In this document: positions 9,512 through 19,545 of the stretch, piece after piece
How the letters are laid out: each line of letters begins with the position of its first letter
Numbering within the stretch: position 1 is the stretch's first letter
Origin: Conchiformibius sp.
GTDB lineage: Bacteria > Pseudomonadota > Gammaproteobacteria > Burkholderiales > Neisseriaceae
Assembly: GCA_030537065.1 (NCBI GenBank)
Contig: JAUNOT010000001.1
Coordinates: 5,255 to 68,640 of the forward strand
Length of the DNA stretch: 63,386 nt
Direction: 5' to 3'
Program-made: the position numbers and the translations under genes
Notes under the pieces: model-generated
Told to the model about the DNA's origin: nothing
What the model saw: only the letters and a program-made list of their open reading frames with translations
Database searches by the model: none

Positions 9512-10183
9512 CTAATCTTTCCAAATCCGCTTTTCGCGGCGCAGATACACGCCGTCATCAAACGTTGCCAACAACTGCGGCAGAAACGCCACCCCCACCG
9601 CCGCCAACAGGCCGCTTAAAAACGCCTCGCCCCACGCCAGCAGCAAAAATACCGGAAACACCGCCGCCGCCTGCGCCACGCCGACTGCCTGAAGCACCGC
9701 CGCCACCGCCGCACCCGTCAGCAGCATACCGGCCGCCGCCGCCAAAAAGCCGTACACAAAAATATACACAAACACATTCGGCGGCAGCCGTTTGCGTCCC
9801 CAACGCCGCACCGCAATGTTTACCGCGCAGGCAGGCAGCACTGTACACAGCACGTTTAACGGCCACACCGCCGACGCGTCCGTACCGAAGCGTGCCGCCG
9901 CCAACACCGCCAGCCAAACGGCCGCCCACGCCGCCGCCGCCCGTCCGCCCAACATCAAACAAGCCAAGTTTACGCCCAACAAGTGATAAGCCCCCCCCGC
10001 CAACTGCCCCACCGACACCTGCGCCTGCAACAACTGCGGCAGCACCAACACCGCCGCCGCCGCCAACAGCCGCGTCTGCCCCACGCCGCGCAAACCTGCC
10101 GCCGCATACGCCAGCACCGGCAAACACAGCGCCGCCGCCGTCCATAACAGGCTGCCGCCAAACCAATCGGGATGAAAATTCAT
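9512..10183 (-). CDS. Energy-coupling-factor transporter permease (CbiM-like S component)
   Basis: Very hydrophobic; YHLLG, NVFVYIF and EAFLSG..P.LLATFDD..YL motifs. Confidence 0.8.
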   Translation of the reverse strand: MNFHPDWFGGSLLWTAAALCLPVLAYAAAGLRGVGQTRLLAAAAVLVLPQLLQAQVSVGQLAGGAYHLLGVNLACLMLGGRAAAAWAAVWLAVLAAARFGTDASAVWPLNVLCTVLPACAVNIAVRRWGRKRLPPNVFVYIFVYGFLAAAAGMLLTGAAVAAVLQAVGVAQAAAVFPVFLLLAWGEAFLSGLLAAVGVAFLPQLLATFDDGVYLRREKRIWKD

Positions 10184-10259
10184 ACCACTTCCTTTGCGGT
10201 TTTAAACCAAAACATTGGCCGCAGTATAACTGCAAATTCAGGCAGCCTGAACTCAAGCA

Positions 10260-10288
10260 TTGCCCTTTGCGGCAAAACGGGTTAGAAT
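10260..10288 (+). promoter_or_regulatory. sigma70 promoter of tRNA-Ser
   Basis: TTGCCC-17 bp-TAGAAT. Confidence 0.65.
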
Positions 10289-10305
10289 GCCGCTTTTCCA
10301 TCTTC

Positions 10306-10396
10306 GGAGAGGTGGATGAGTGGTTGAAGTCGCACGCCTGGAAAGCGTGTATACGTGAATAGCGTATCGAGGGTTCGAATCCCTTCCTCTCCGCCA
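10306..10396 (+). tRNA. tRNA-Ser(GGA)
   Basis: Cloverleaf with long variable arm, anticodon stem CACGC-CT-GGA-AA-GCGTG, GGTTCGAATCC T-arm, CCA end. Confidence 0.97.
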
Positions 10397-10401
10397 GTTT
10401 G

Positions 10402-10437
10402 ACAACCCCTGCCTTGTGCGGGGGTTGTGTTTTTTTC
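10402..10437 (+). terminator. Rho-independent terminator after tRNA-Ser
   Basis: ACAACCCC..GGGGTTGT stem followed by a T run. Confidence 0.8.
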
Positions 10438-10518
10438 TTGCTGCCGCGTGATTTGTTGTAAAATCGCGCCTTTTCTTTGCGGAAATACTCAGGTGTTTCC
10501 TTTGCACGGGTATAAACT

Positions 10519-11286
10519 ATGGAAATTGTAAGCTGGTTTGCCGCCAAATTCCCCGAGTTGTACGAATATCGGGAGATGTTTTTTTACGGTGCGCTGACAA
10601 CTTTGGGGCTGACGGCGGTGTCGGTATTGGCAGGCAGTATTTTGGGTCTGTTTGGGGCGTTGGCGCGGATTGTGCGCTTTGAAAAAGGCGGGGTGTTTTT
10701 AAACGGGGTCGCTTGGCTACTACGCAGCCTGTCCGGCCTGTATGTTACATTGTTTCGCGGCACACCTTTGTTTGTACAGATTTTTATCTGGCTATATGTA
10801 TGGTTCCCGCTTTTCGTGCATGTGGACCACGGTCTGATTTTAAGCGGTGATGCCGCTAATGAGTTGCGCCGCAATTACGGTGCGCTGATTGCGGGCGGTT
10901 TGGCGCTGACGGCCAATGCGGGTGCGTATATTACCGAGATTTTTCGGGCGGGGATTCAGTCTATTGACAAGGGTCAGATGGAAGCAGCGCGCTCTTTGGG
11001 CTTGGGTTATTGGCAGGCGATGCGCTTTGTGGTGCTGCCGCAGGCTTTGCGGCGGATGCTGCCGCCTTTGGCTAATGAGTTTATTACGCTGTTGAAAGAC
11101 AGTTCGCTGCTGTCGGTGATTGCAGTGGCAGAGCTGGCGTATGTGCAGAAGACGATTTCGGGGCGTTATTCAATCTATGAGGAGCCTTTGTACGCCGTAG
11201 CTTTGATTTATCTGGCGATGACGATGTGTTTGAGCTGGTTTTTCTCGTATTTGGAAAAACGTTTTCATAAGGGACAACACCATTAA
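10519..11286 (+). CDS. Polar amino acid ABC transporter permease (His/Glu/Gln/Arg family)
   Basis: FRGTPLFVQ and AYITEIFRAGI..GQMEAARSLG EAA motif. Confidence 0.93.
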   Translation: MEIVSWFAAKFPELYEYREMFFYGALTTLGLTAVSVLAGSILGLFGALARIVRFEKGGVFLNGVAWLLRSLSGLYVTLFRGTPLFVQIFIWLYVWFPLFVHVDHGLILSGDAANELRRNYGALIAGGLALTANAGAYITEIFRAGIQSIDKGQMEAARSLGLGYWQAMRFVVLPQALRRMLPPLANEFITLLKDSSLLSVIAVAELAYVQKTISGRYSIYEEPLYAVALIYLAMTMCLSWFFSYLEKRFHKGQHH

Positions 11287-11290
11287 AATA

Positions 11291-11324
11291 ACAGGCTGCC
11301 TGAAACGGTTTTCAGGCAGCCTGT
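11291..11324. terminator. Inverted DUS pair acting as a bidirectional terminator
   Basis: ACAGGCTGCCTGAAA..TTTCAGGCAGCCTGT between convergent genes; similar pairs near 16820, 18836, 19509, 27468, 46916, 48843, 52286, 53510 and 62943. Confidence 0.85.
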
Positions 11325-11328
11325 TTAA

Positions 11329-12270
11329 TCAACTAGACTTGCGTAATTCTTTGGGCAACACAAACACAATGCTTTCTTCCACCGTACCGCCCTGCCGCAC
11401 GGTATTGATGCCCCATTCACCGATGCGGGCAATCACTTCCTGCACCAACACTTCCGGTGCGGACGCGCCTGCCGTTACCCCCACGCATTGCTTTCCGTCA
11501 AACCATTCTTTTTGCAGGAAAGAGGCATTGTCCACCATATAGGCGTCAATACCGCGCAAGGCCGCCACTTCGCGCAGACGGTTGCTGTTGGACGAAGTGG
11601 GCGAACCAACCACAATCACAATATCACATTGTTCTGCCAGCGTTTTGACGGCTTCCTGACGGTTGGTGGTGGCATAACAAATATCTTCTTTGTGCGGGCT
11701 TTTAATGTGCGGAAAACGGGCTTTAAGCGCGGCGATAATGTCGCGGGTTTCGTCCACCGACAGCGTGGTTTGGCTGACGTGGGCAAGTTTTTCGGCATCG
11801 CGCACATCCAGTTTGGCCACATCGTCCACCCTTTCCACCAGCAGCATCGCGCCTGCGGAAAGCTGACCCATCGTGCCTTCCACTTCGGGGTGTCCGGCAT
11901 GGCCAATCATAATAATCTGATAGCCTTGTGCGTCCAGCCGTGCCACTTCTTTGTGGACTTTGGTCACCAAAGGGCAGGTGGCGTCAAACACGCGGAAACC
12001 GCGTTGCGCCGCTTCGTCCTGTACGGCTTTGGATACGCCGTGCGCTGAGTAAATCAGGGTTGCGCCGGCCGGTACGTCCGACAGCTCTTCAATAAAGATT
12101 GCCCCTTTGTCGCGCAGATTATTGACGACAAAGGTATTGTGGACAACTTCGTGGCGGACGTAAATCGGTGCGCCGTATTCTTCTAAAGCGCGTTCCACAA
12201 TGCTGATGGCGCGGTCCACACCGGCGCAAAAGCCGCGCGGATTGGCAAGGATAATGGTTTTTTCGTTCAT
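11329..12270 (-). CDS. ispH: 4-hydroxy-3-methylbut-2-enyl diphosphate reductase
   Basis: [29 protein letters not shown]. Confidence 0.97.
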   Translation of the reverse strand: MNEKTIILANPRGFCAGVDRAISIVERALEEYGAPIYVRHEVVHNTFVVNNLRDKGAIFIEELSDVPAGATLIYSAHGVSKAVQDEAAQRGFRVFDATCPLVTKVHKEVARLDAQGYQIIMIGHAGHPEVEGTMGQLSAGAMLLVERVDDVAKLDVRDAEKLAHVSQTTLSVDETRDIIAALKARFPHIKSPHKEDICYATTNRQEAVKTLAEQCDIVIVVGSPTSSNSNRLREVAALRGIDAYMVDNASFLQKEWFDGKQCVGVTAGASAPEVLVQEVIARIGEWGINTVRQGGTVEESIVFVLPKELRKSS

Positions 12271-12284
12271 AACGGTCTTTCGTT

Positions 12285-12791
12285 TCAGGCAGCCTGCTGT
12301 TTTTTCTTGCCTTGGGTAAAACTTTCAATAATCATCAGTGCCGCGCCCACGCAGATAAAGCTGTCGGCCACATTAAAGGCGGGGTAATACCAGTTTTGCC
12401 AGTAAAACAGCAGAAAGTCCACCACTTTGCCGTGGATAAAGCGGTCCACCACATTGCCGAACGCGCCGCCGATAATCATGGCCGCCGCCCAGTTGCCCAT
12501 TCGTCCGAACTCGCCCTTTACCATGCCGCGTGCCAGCCAGCCGCTAATCACAAACGCCAGCACGGTAAAAATATATTTCTGCGCCCCGCCCATATCGGCC
12601 AGAAAGCTGAACGCCGCGCCGGGGTTGTACACCAAAGTCAAATCAAAAAAGTGCGGAATCACATTCAGGCGTTCGTATTCGGCAAAATTGACCAGCACGA
12701 TGTATTTGCTCAACTGGTCCAACACGATGGCGGTAAGCGATAAAATCCAATAAGGCAGGTATTTCACAGACGGTTTCCTTAATTTATGCAA
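12285..12791 (-). CDS. lspA: Lipoprotein signal peptidase II
   Basis: NPGAAFS, GNVVDR, FNVAD. Confidence 0.95.
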   Translation of the reverse strand: MHKLRKPSVKYLPYWILSLTAIVLDQLSKYIVLVNFAEYERLNVIPHFFDLTLVYNPGAAFSFLADMGGAQKYIFTVLAFVISGWLARGMVKGEFGRMGNWAAAMIIGGAFGNVVDRFIHGKVVDFLLFYWQNWYYPAFNVADSFICVGAALMIIESFTQGKKKQQAA

Positions 12792-12948
12792 AGGGCGGAT
12801 TGTACTATAAATATTTCAGGCAGCCTGAATATGCGGTGCAGAAAAATTGTACATAAACAGCCAAAAAACGTTAAAATCAGCCCCAAAGGCTGTTTCACGG
12901 CAGCCGCACCCTATTCCGACCAACATCATAAGCTAAGGAGTCTCCCGC

Positions 12949-13560
12949 ATGAGACCGTTAAATAAAGGTTTCCGAACCGCGATTTTGGGTACATTGATTG
13001 CAACCGTTTTAGGCGGTTGCGCGGCGGCTGTTGTCGGCGGCGGTATTGCTGCCTCTTCCATTGCTGACCGCCGTTCCGCCGGTTCTATGGCAGATGATGA
13101 AGTGATGGAACTGCACATCAAATCCAAAGCCCAATCGGTATTAAGCAAAGGCTATCAGGGCTACAAACCCTCCGTTTCCGTCGTCAGCTACAACCGCCGC
13201 ATCCTGCTGCTGGGACAAGTACCCAGTCAGGCCGACCGTCAGTTGGTAGAACGCATTGCCCGCGCCGAACGCAGTGCCGCCGCCGTTTATAACTACATCA
13301 ATGTTGTGCCGCAGCAGCGTTCCATCGCCAACATCAGCAACGACACCCTGATTACTTCCCGTGTGCGCGCCAACCTGCTCAATGTTCCCGGCGTTTACCC
13401 CGGCCATGTCAAAGTGGTCACCTATGACGGCGTAAGCTATGTGATGGGTCTGCTCACCCCCGCCCAACAAGCCGCCGTCAGCCAGCGCGTCAGCATGACC
13501 CCCGGCGTATTGCGCGTGGTGACCCTGTATGAAAACTTCACCCCCGCCAACGCCTATTAA
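12949..13560 (+). CDS. Dual-BON domain lipoprotein (DolP/YraP-like)
   Basis: Lipobox LGGC, DRRSAGSMADD, two BON domains. Confidence 0.9.
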   Translation: MRPLNKGFRTAILGTLIATVLGGCAAAVVGGGIAASSIADRRSAGSMADDEVMELHIKSKAQSVLSKGYQGYKPSVSVVSYNRRILLLGQVPSQADRQLVERIARAERSAAAVYNYINVVPQQRSIANISNDTLITSRVRANLLNVPGVYPGHVKVVTYDGVSYVMGLLTPAQQAAVSQRVSMTPGVLRVVTLYENFTPANAY

Positions 13561-13619
13561 TCCCCATCCGCAGGCTGCCTGAAAACATAGGCAGCCGCTG
13601 CGGCTGAAACGGAATATCC

Positions 13620-14264
13620 ATGTCAAAAACCAAATTTACTTTCGGCAACATCTTATTAAGCCTGCTGCTGCTGGGTACGGTTGTCGTTATCGGACTGATT
13701 GTTTTGGTGTATTTCCAATTAACCAGTACCGGTCAGCGCAGCAGTCGCCAACAGCCGGTCGCTGAATCCACCCCCAACCGGCCGATTGAAATCATGTCGC
13801 CGGACGGCAAACCCGCCTTCCGTCCCCAAAACGCCGACGGCAGCCAGCCGCCGCAAGCCGCATCCGATACCGTCCAACAGGAAGCCGATGCCGCCGCCAA
13901 TGCCTTGAAAGCCGACAACTCGCCTGTCAATACCCGCGCCCTCACTTCCGGCGCATATGTGCCGCGTAAACCGCGCCCGCCGCGCCAACCGCGCGTCAAA
14001 CGCGAAAAAGAATACGGTAACCGTGGCTATGCTGCCAACAACGGTGACAGTCAAAGCAGCAAATCAGGCAGCCTGAAAGGCGAAGTGCCGTTGGAGCCGG
14101 TCAACCGCGCCCCACGCGAAAAACCCTTGGTGCCGAAAAACAGCGAACGCGCCAACCGTGAACGCGGCAACAACAATAATAATTCGGGCGAACGCCAGCT
14201 TACGCCGGTTAAACCCATCCGCCAAAACAAACAGCAATCGGAATCCATTGATGCACTGTTTTAA
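13620..14264 (+). CDS. Hypothetical bitopic membrane protein with a disordered C-terminal region
   Basis: N-terminal TM helix; Pro/Gln/Arg/Asn-rich tail ending IDALF. Confidence 0.75.
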   Translation: MSKTKFTFGNILLSLLLLGTVVVIGLIVLVYFQLTSTGQRSSRQQPVAESTPNRPIEIMSPDGKPAFRPQNADGSQPPQAASDTVQQEADAAANALKADNSPVNTRALTSGAYVPRKPRPPRQPRVKREKEYGNRGYAANNGDSQSSKSGSLKGEVPLEPVNRAPREKPLVPKNSERANRERGNNNNNSGERQLTPVKPIRQNKQQSESIDALF

Positions 14265-14313
14265 AAAAATCCTTTTAAAAATCAAAGAAGATATAAAAAT
14301 AATGCTTTTTTTA

Positions 14314-14343
14314 TTGACAAAACACAGCCATTACCAATATAAT
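14314..14343 (+). promoter_or_regulatory. sigma70 promoter of tRNA-Lys
   Basis: TTGACA-18 bp-TATAAT with an AT-rich upstream element. Confidence 0.8.
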
Positions 14344-14358
14344 TTATTTCTTTGATTC

Positions 14359-14434
14359 GGGTCGTTAGCTCAGTCGGTAGAGCAGCGGACTTTTAATCCG
14401 TTGGTCGAGCGTTCGAATCGCTCACGACCCACCA
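14359..14434 (+). tRNA. tRNA-Lys(TTT)
   Basis: 76-nt cloverleaf, anticodon stem GCGGA-CT-TTT-AA-TCCGT, CCA end. Confidence 0.97.
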
Positions 14435-14475
14435 AATCCCCAAGCCAAGCTCAACAGCTTGGCTTTTTCTACATC

Positions 14476-15258
14476 ATGCGCTACGTCCTTACCCTTTCTT
14501 ATGACGGCAGCCGTTTTTACGGTTGGCAAAAACAGGCAGACGGCCTGCCCACCGTGCAGGCGGCATTGGAAACCGCCTTAAGCCGTATGGCAGGCGAAAA
14601 CATCCGCGTCACCGCCGCCGGACGCACCGATACCGGCGTACATGCCACCGCACAAACCGTGCATTTTGACACCGATGCCGTCCGTCCCCTTCAGGCTTGG
14701 GTACGCGGAGTAAATGCCCATTTGCCGGACGGCGTGGCGGTATGGCATACCCAAGCGGCAGAGGCGGATTTTCATGCCCGATTTGATGCCTGCGGACGAC
14801 ATTACCGTTATCTGCTGCAATCGGCGCCGGTGCGCTCGCCGCTGCTGTACGGCCGTGCCGGTTGGACGCACTACGCCTTAAACCGTGAAGCCATGGCCGC
14901 CGCTGCCGCGCTATTGGTCGGAACACATGATTTTTCCAGCTTCCGCGCCGCCCAATGTCAGGCCAAATCGCCGGTAAAAACCCTGTATCGGGCGGAATTG
15001 TCCGGCACGGACGGCTGGCTGAAACTGGATTTTCACGGCAATGCCTTTTTACATCACATGGTACGCAATATTGTCGGCGCACTGGTCTATGTCGGCTGCG
15101 GCCGCTTGTCGGTGGCAGACTTTGCCGAATTGTTGGCGGCAAAAAGCCGTTTGCAGGCGCCGCCCACTTTTATGCCGGACGGTTTGTATCTGACCGGCGT
15201 GGACTATCCCGCCAAATGGCGCATACCGCCCGTTTCTTTACCCGATTGGCTGAAATAA
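14476..15258 (+). CDS. truA: tRNA pseudouridine(38-40) synthase
   Basis: [29 protein letters not shown]. Confidence 0.96.
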   Translation: MRYVLTLSYDGSRFYGWQKQADGLPTVQAALETALSRMAGENIRVTAAGRTDTGVHATAQTVHFDTDAVRPLQAWVRGVNAHLPDGVAVWHTQAAEADFHARFDACGRHYRYLLQSAPVRSPLLYGRAGWTHYALNREAMAAAAALLVGTHDFSSFRAAQCQAKSPVKTLYRAELSGTDGWLKLDFHGNAFLHHMVRNIVGALVYVGCGRLSVADFAELLAAKSRLQAPPTFMPDGLYLTGVDYPAKWRIPPVSLPDWLK

Positions 15259-15881
15259 TGAACCGCCGCAGATTTTTATTTTCCGTTTTGATGCTGCCCC
15301 TTGCCGCCTGTTCGCGCGGCAAAAAACACACCGCACTGCCTGCAGGCAGCCGCGTATTGGCTTTGGGTGATTCGCTGACTTTCGGCTACGGTGCGGAACG
15401 CTCGCAGTCTTATCCGTCCGTATTGGCGCAACTGACCGGCTGGCAAGTGGAAAACGGCGGCGTGTCGGGCGACACGTCGGCTCAGGCGTTGGCACGTTTG
15501 CCCGCCTTGATGCGCACACAACCGAAACTGGTGCTGGTATGTATCGGCGGCAATGATTTTTTGCGCGGGCTGCCTGAACAGGATACGCGCCGCCATATCG
15601 GCAAAATGATTGAAACGGTGCAGGCGGGCGGTGCGGAAGTGGTGTTGGCGGCCGTACCGCATTTGACCACCGGCGCGCTGCTGGGTTTTCCCAGCGACCA
15701 CACTTTATACCGCGATTTGGCGGAACAATATGCTGTTCCCCTGCTGTCGGACGCTTGGGCGGAAATTTTGGGCAATAAAGATTTGAAATCGGATGCCATT
15801 CATGCCAATGCCGCCGGTTATCGCGTGTTTGCGGAAAAAATGGCGGCATTTTTAAAGAAACAGGGCTTTCAGGCAGCCTGA
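15258..15881 (+). CDS. GDSL/SGNH arylesterase (TesA-like) lipoprotein
   Basis: GDSL, GVSGDT, GGND and DAIH blocks; RRRFL plus LAAC signal. Confidence 0.9.
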   Translation: MNRRRFLFSVLMLPLAACSRGKKHTALPAGSRVLALGDSLTFGYGAERSQSYPSVLAQLTGWQVENGGVSGDTSAQALARLPALMRTQPKLVLVCIGGNDFLRGLPEQDTRRHIGKMIETVQAGGAEVVLAAVPHLTTGALLGFPSDHTLYRDLAEQYAVPLLSDAWAEILGNKDLKSDAIHANAAGYRVFAEKMAAFLKKQGFQAA

Positions 15882-15890
15882 AAACCTATC

Positions 15891-15912
15891 GGGGCGGATA
15901 ACTATCCGCCCC
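15891..15912. terminator. Hairpin terminator between convergent genes
   Basis: GGGGCGGATA-AC-TATCCGCCCC. Confidence 0.7.
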
Positions 15913-15928
15913 GATTAGGTTTTATTCT

Positions 15929-16666
15929 TTATACTTTTTCAGCAAAAAACGCCAGCATATTCACCCAAGACTCGGTGGCGGCTTCGCTGTTGTAGGCCAA
16001 ATCCACGCCGTTGCGTGTACCGTTGTCGTCCGCTTCGGGATTGGTAAAACCGTGCTTGGCCTGTGGGAACACGTCAACGCGGTAATCGGCTTTGGCCGCT
16101 TCCATTTCGGCACGGAAAGCCGCCAAATCCGCTTCGCTGACAAACACATCATCGCCCGCATATTCCACCAATACCGCCGCTTGCAAGGTGTCGGCACGGG
16201 CGGGTTGGTCGGTGGATAAAATGCCGTGAAAACTGGCAACGGCATTCAAGGCCACACCCTGCCGCGCCATATCCAAGGCCACACGACCGCCGAAGCAGAA
16301 ACCGATGGCGGCGGTGCGTTCGGCATCGGTTTCAGGCAGGGCGCATAATTGTTCCCATGCCAAACGGGTGCGTTCCGCCAATTTTTCAGGTGCGGCCAGC
16401 AGGCCGTTCATTAAAGCAACTGCTTCTTCAACCTTATCGGTTAATACGGCATCGCCGTATAAGTCCACCGCCAAGGCGGCATAGCCTGAATGTGCCAGCC
16501 GCTCGGCGCTGTGGCAGACGTGTTCGCTCAAACCCCACCATTCGGGCAGAACCAAAACGGCGGGCATGTGTTCGTGTTCGGTGTGTTCGGGCAGGTAAAG
16601 GCGGCTTTTCAGGACGGTACCGTCCGAAGCGGTGTAGCTAAGCTCGCGGTTGGGCGTGGTGTTCAT
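15929..16666 (-). CDS. Dienelactone hydrolase family protein
   Basis: PEWWGL, GFCFGG nucleophile elbow, HGFT. Confidence 0.92.
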   Translation of the reverse strand: MNTTPNRELSYTASDGTVLKSRLYLPEHTEHEHMPAVLVLPEWWGLSEHVCHSAERLAHSGYAALAVDLYGDAVLTDKVEEAVALMNGLLAAPEKLAERTRLAWEQLCALPETDAERTAAIGFCFGGRVALDMARQGVALNAVASFHGILSTDQPARADTLQAAVLVEYAGDDVFVSEADLAAFRAEMEAAKADYRVDVFPQAKHGFTNPEADDNGTRNGVDLAYNSEAATESWVNMLAFFAEKV

Positions 16667-16855
16667 AAAATTTTACCGTTATGATATATCGCACAAAATA
16701 CAGCAAACCGTTTAATATACGGCTTTATCCCAGATATTACCCCCGCCTGTGCGACTTCAAACGGGTTGGTCGGATTCTACTGCCCGCAGGGTGCCTTTTC
16801 AAGGTGTTTGGTGCAAATATTCAGGCAGCCTGAAAATTTTTCAGGCTGCCTGAAA

Positions 16856-17998
16856 TCAGTCAAACATATCTTTTAATTTATCTAAAAAACTGCGACGGCG
16901 CGGGGTTTGGTCGCGCTCCAAACCGGTGGAAATTTGTTCAAACTCGTTTAACAGCTCTTTTTGGCGGTCGGTCAGATTGACAGGCGTTTCCACCACCACA
17001 TGACAGTACAAATCACCAACCAAGCTGCTGCGGACGTGTTTAATGCCCTTGCCCTTAACGCGCAGGCGTTTGCCGTTTTGCGTACCGGCCGGCACATTCA
17101 TTTTGACGCGGCCGGTCAGGGTCGGCACTTCCACTTCGCCCCCCAAAGCGGCGGTAGGGAAACTGATGGGCAGCTCGCAATGCAGGTCGGTGGGGTTGTC
17201 GGGGTCGCGCTGGAATACTTTGTGGTCGCGCACGGAAACATGGATATACAAATCGCCTGCGGGCGCACCGTGACTGCCCGGCTCGCCTTCGCCGCTCAAA
17301 CGGATACGTTGGCCGTCTTCAATACCGGCGGGAATATTGACTTCCACCGTTTTGGTGGTTTTCACACGGCCGTCGCCACGGCATTTGTGGCAGGGGTCTT
17401 TGATTTCCTTGCCCGAACCTTGGCAGCTCGGACAGGTTTGCTGGATTTGAAAAATCGCCTGCCGCACATGAATGGTGCCGGAGCCGTGACAGGTGGTACA
17501 GGTGCTGGCTTTGGTGCCGGGTTTGGCACCGGTGCCGTGGCACAAATCACATTCTTCATAAGTGGGAATGGTGATTTGTTTTTTCAAACCCTGTGCCGCT
17601 TCTTCCAAAGACACTTCCACCGAATACTGCAAATCGGCACCTTGGTGGTTTTGCTGCCGTCCGCCGCCCGCCCCGCCGAACATTTGGCTGAAAATATCGC
17701 CGAAATCAAATCCCTGTGCGCCACCGAATCCGCCAAAACCTCCAAATCCGCCTGCGCCGCCCATATTGTTCGGGTCGATGCCGGCATGGCCGAACTGGTC
17801 GTAGGCGGCCTTTTTTTCAGGGTCGGACAATACGGCATAAGCACTTTGGATTTCTTTAAATTTTTCTTCGGCTTCTTTATTGTCGGGATTGCGGTCGGGA
17901 TGGTATTTCATCGCCAGCTTGCGGTAGGCTTTTTTAATTTCATCGTCACCGGCGCTGCGGGAAACACCCAATATATCGTAAAAATCTTTATTGCTCAT
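16856..17998 (-). CDS. dnaJ: Chaperone DnaJ
   Basis: HPD J-domain, G/F region, four CxxCxGxG repeats. Confidence 0.98.
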   Translation of the reverse strand: MSNKDFYDILGVSRSAGDDEIKKAYRKLAMKYHPDRNPDNKEAEEKFKEIQSAYAVLSDPEKKAAYDQFGHAGIDPNNMGGAGGFGGFGGFGGAQGFDFGDIFSQMFGGAGGGRQQNHQGADLQYSVEVSLEEAAQGLKKQITIPTYEECDLCHGTGAKPGTKASTCTTCHGSGTIHVRQAIFQIQQTCPSCQGSGKEIKDPCHKCRGDGRVKTTKTVEVNIPAGIEDGQRIRLSGEGEPGSHGAPAGDLYIHVSVRDHKVFQRDPDNPTDLHCELPISFPTAALGGEVEVPTLTGRVKMNVPAGTQNGKRLRVKGKGIKHVRSSLVGDLYCHVVVETPVNLTDRQKELLNEFEQISTGLERDQTPRRRSFLDKLKDMFD

Positions 17999-18031
17999 GG
18001 CGGTCTTGCTTCAATACACAGAATGGGCGGC

Positions 18032-18059
18032 ATATTGGGGCGGCGGTTAAAAAATCAAG
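18032..18059 (-). promoter_or_regulatory. Putative RpoH (sigma32) promoter of dnaJ
   Basis: CTTGAT-13 bp-CCCCAATAT. Confidence 0.7.
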
Positions 18060-18147
18060 CGTGCTTTTTCAGGCTGCCTGAAAGGCTTGGTAGCCCCACG
18101 CCGATGGGTTAGAATCGGCGCTTTGCCAACAAGCTTGAGGAGCGATT

Positions 18148-18831
18148 ATGCAACTGGTCTTTATCCGCCACGGTCAAAGCGAGTGGAACGCCAAAAACCT
18201 GTTTACCGGCTGGCGCGACGTGAAACTGTCCGAACAGGGCATCGCCGAGGCGCAGGCTGCCGGACGCAAACTGAAAGAACACGGTTATCAGTTTGATATT
18301 GCGTTTACTTCGGTGCTGACCCGCGCCATCAAAACCTGCAACATCGTTTTGGAAGAATCCGAGCAGCTGTTTGTGCCGCAGATTAAAAGCTGGCGTTTGA
18401 ACGAGCGTCATTACGGCAAACTGCAAGGCTTGGACAAAAAGCAGACCGCCGAGCAATACGGTGACGAACAGGTACGCATTTGGCGGCGCAGCTACGACAC
18501 GCTGCCGCCCCTACTCGACCCACAGGACGAATTTTCCGCCCACAACGACCGCCGCTACGCCCACTTGCCTGCCGATGTGGTGCCGGACGGCGAAAACCTG
18601 AAAGTCACGCTGGAACGGGTGTTGCCGTTTTGGCATGACCACATCGCCCCCGCCATTCTGGGCGGACAGCGCGTGTTGGTGGCGGCACACGGCAATTCAT
18701 TGCGCGCGCTGGCCAAACATATTGAAGGCATTTCCGATGCCGACATTATGGGTTTGGAAATCCCCACCGGCCAGCCTTTGGTGTATGAGTTGGACGAAAA
18801 ATTAAACGTATTGAATAAATTTTATCTGTAA
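18148..18831 (+). CDS. gpmA: 2,3-bisphosphoglycerate-dependent phosphoglycerate mutase
   Basis: [22 protein letters not shown]. Confidence 0.97.
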   Translation: MQLVFIRHGQSEWNAKNLFTGWRDVKLSEQGIAEAQAAGRKLKEHGYQFDIAFTSVLTRAIKTCNIVLEESEQLFVPQIKSWRLNERHYGKLQGLDKKQTAEQYGDEQVRIWRRSYDTLPPLLDPQDEFSAHNDRRYAHLPADVVPDGENLKVTLERVLPFWHDHIAPAILGGQRVLVAAHGNSLRALAKHIEGISDADIMGLEIPTGQPLVYELDEKLNVLNKFYL

Positions 18832-18882
18832 CGTTCAGGCTGCCTGAAAACCGTTTCAGGCAGCCTGTTTTAAGGAAATTGT

Positions 18883-19506
18883 ATGACTCCGCGTGAAATC
18901 TTGTCGGCAGGTGCCGTGATTCCCGTGATGGCGATAGACGATTTGTCGCTTGCCGTTGATTTGGCTCATGCTTTGGTGGCAGGCGGCATCCCCACTTTGG
19001 AAATTACCCTGCGTACGCCGGTCGGCATTGATGCCATCCGACTGATTAAAAAAGAAGTACCCGAGGCCATTGTCGGAGCGGGGACGGTGATTAACGGCGA
19101 ACAGCTTAAAGCGGTGGAAGACGCCGGCGCCGTATTTGCCATCAGCCCCGGCATCAATATCAAATTGGCGCAGGCCGCACAGCAAAGCGGCATTCCCCTG
19201 ATTCCAGGCGTGGCCACCGCCGGTGAACTGATGCTGGCTTTGGAATACGGCATGGACACTTTAAAACTGTTTCCTGCCGAAGCGGTGGGCGGCCGCGCCC
19301 TGCTCAAATCGCTGCACGGGCCGTTTCCGCAGGTAAAATTTTGCCCCACCGGCGGCATTACCCCGCAGTCCGCACCCGATTACCTGCAACTGCCCAATGT
19401 GTTGTGTGTGGGCGGTTCATGGCTAACCCCAAAAGATGCGCTGCAACGGCGTGATTGGCAAACCATTACCCGTTTGGCCGCAGAAGCTGCTGCCCTGCGT
19501 CCGTAA
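18883..19506 (+). CDS. eda: KDPG/KHG aldolase
   Basis: LEITLRT, GAGTV, KLFPA, PTGGI. Confidence 0.95.
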   Translation: MTPREILSAGAVIPVMAIDDLSLAVDLAHALVAGGIPTLEITLRTPVGIDAIRLIKKEVPEAIVGAGTVINGEQLKAVEDAGAVFAISPGINIKLAQAAQQSGIPLIPGVATAGELMLALEYGMDTLKLFPAEAVGGRALLKSLHGPFPQVKFCPTGGITPQSAPDYLQLPNVLCVGGSWLTPKDALQRRDWQTITRLAAEAAALRP

Positions 19507-19545
19507 AACAGGCTGCCTGAAAACCGTTTCAGGCAGCCTGTAACT

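Noticed and set aside
9565-10362. 265-aa Pro/Thr-rich ORF and the 329-aa Gly-rich ORF at 9558-10547
   Set aside because: Produced by GCG/GTG codon bias of the ECF permease; both overlap tRNA-Ser
10306-14434. tRNA-Ser or tRNA-Lys as island or prophage integration sites
   Set aside because: No integrase and no duplicated tRNA 3' end seen; the flanking genes are housekeeping
14955-15257. N-terminal extension of the GDSL ORF in the track
   Set aside because: Overlaps truA; the real start is the TAATG overlap at 15258, followed by a signal peptide
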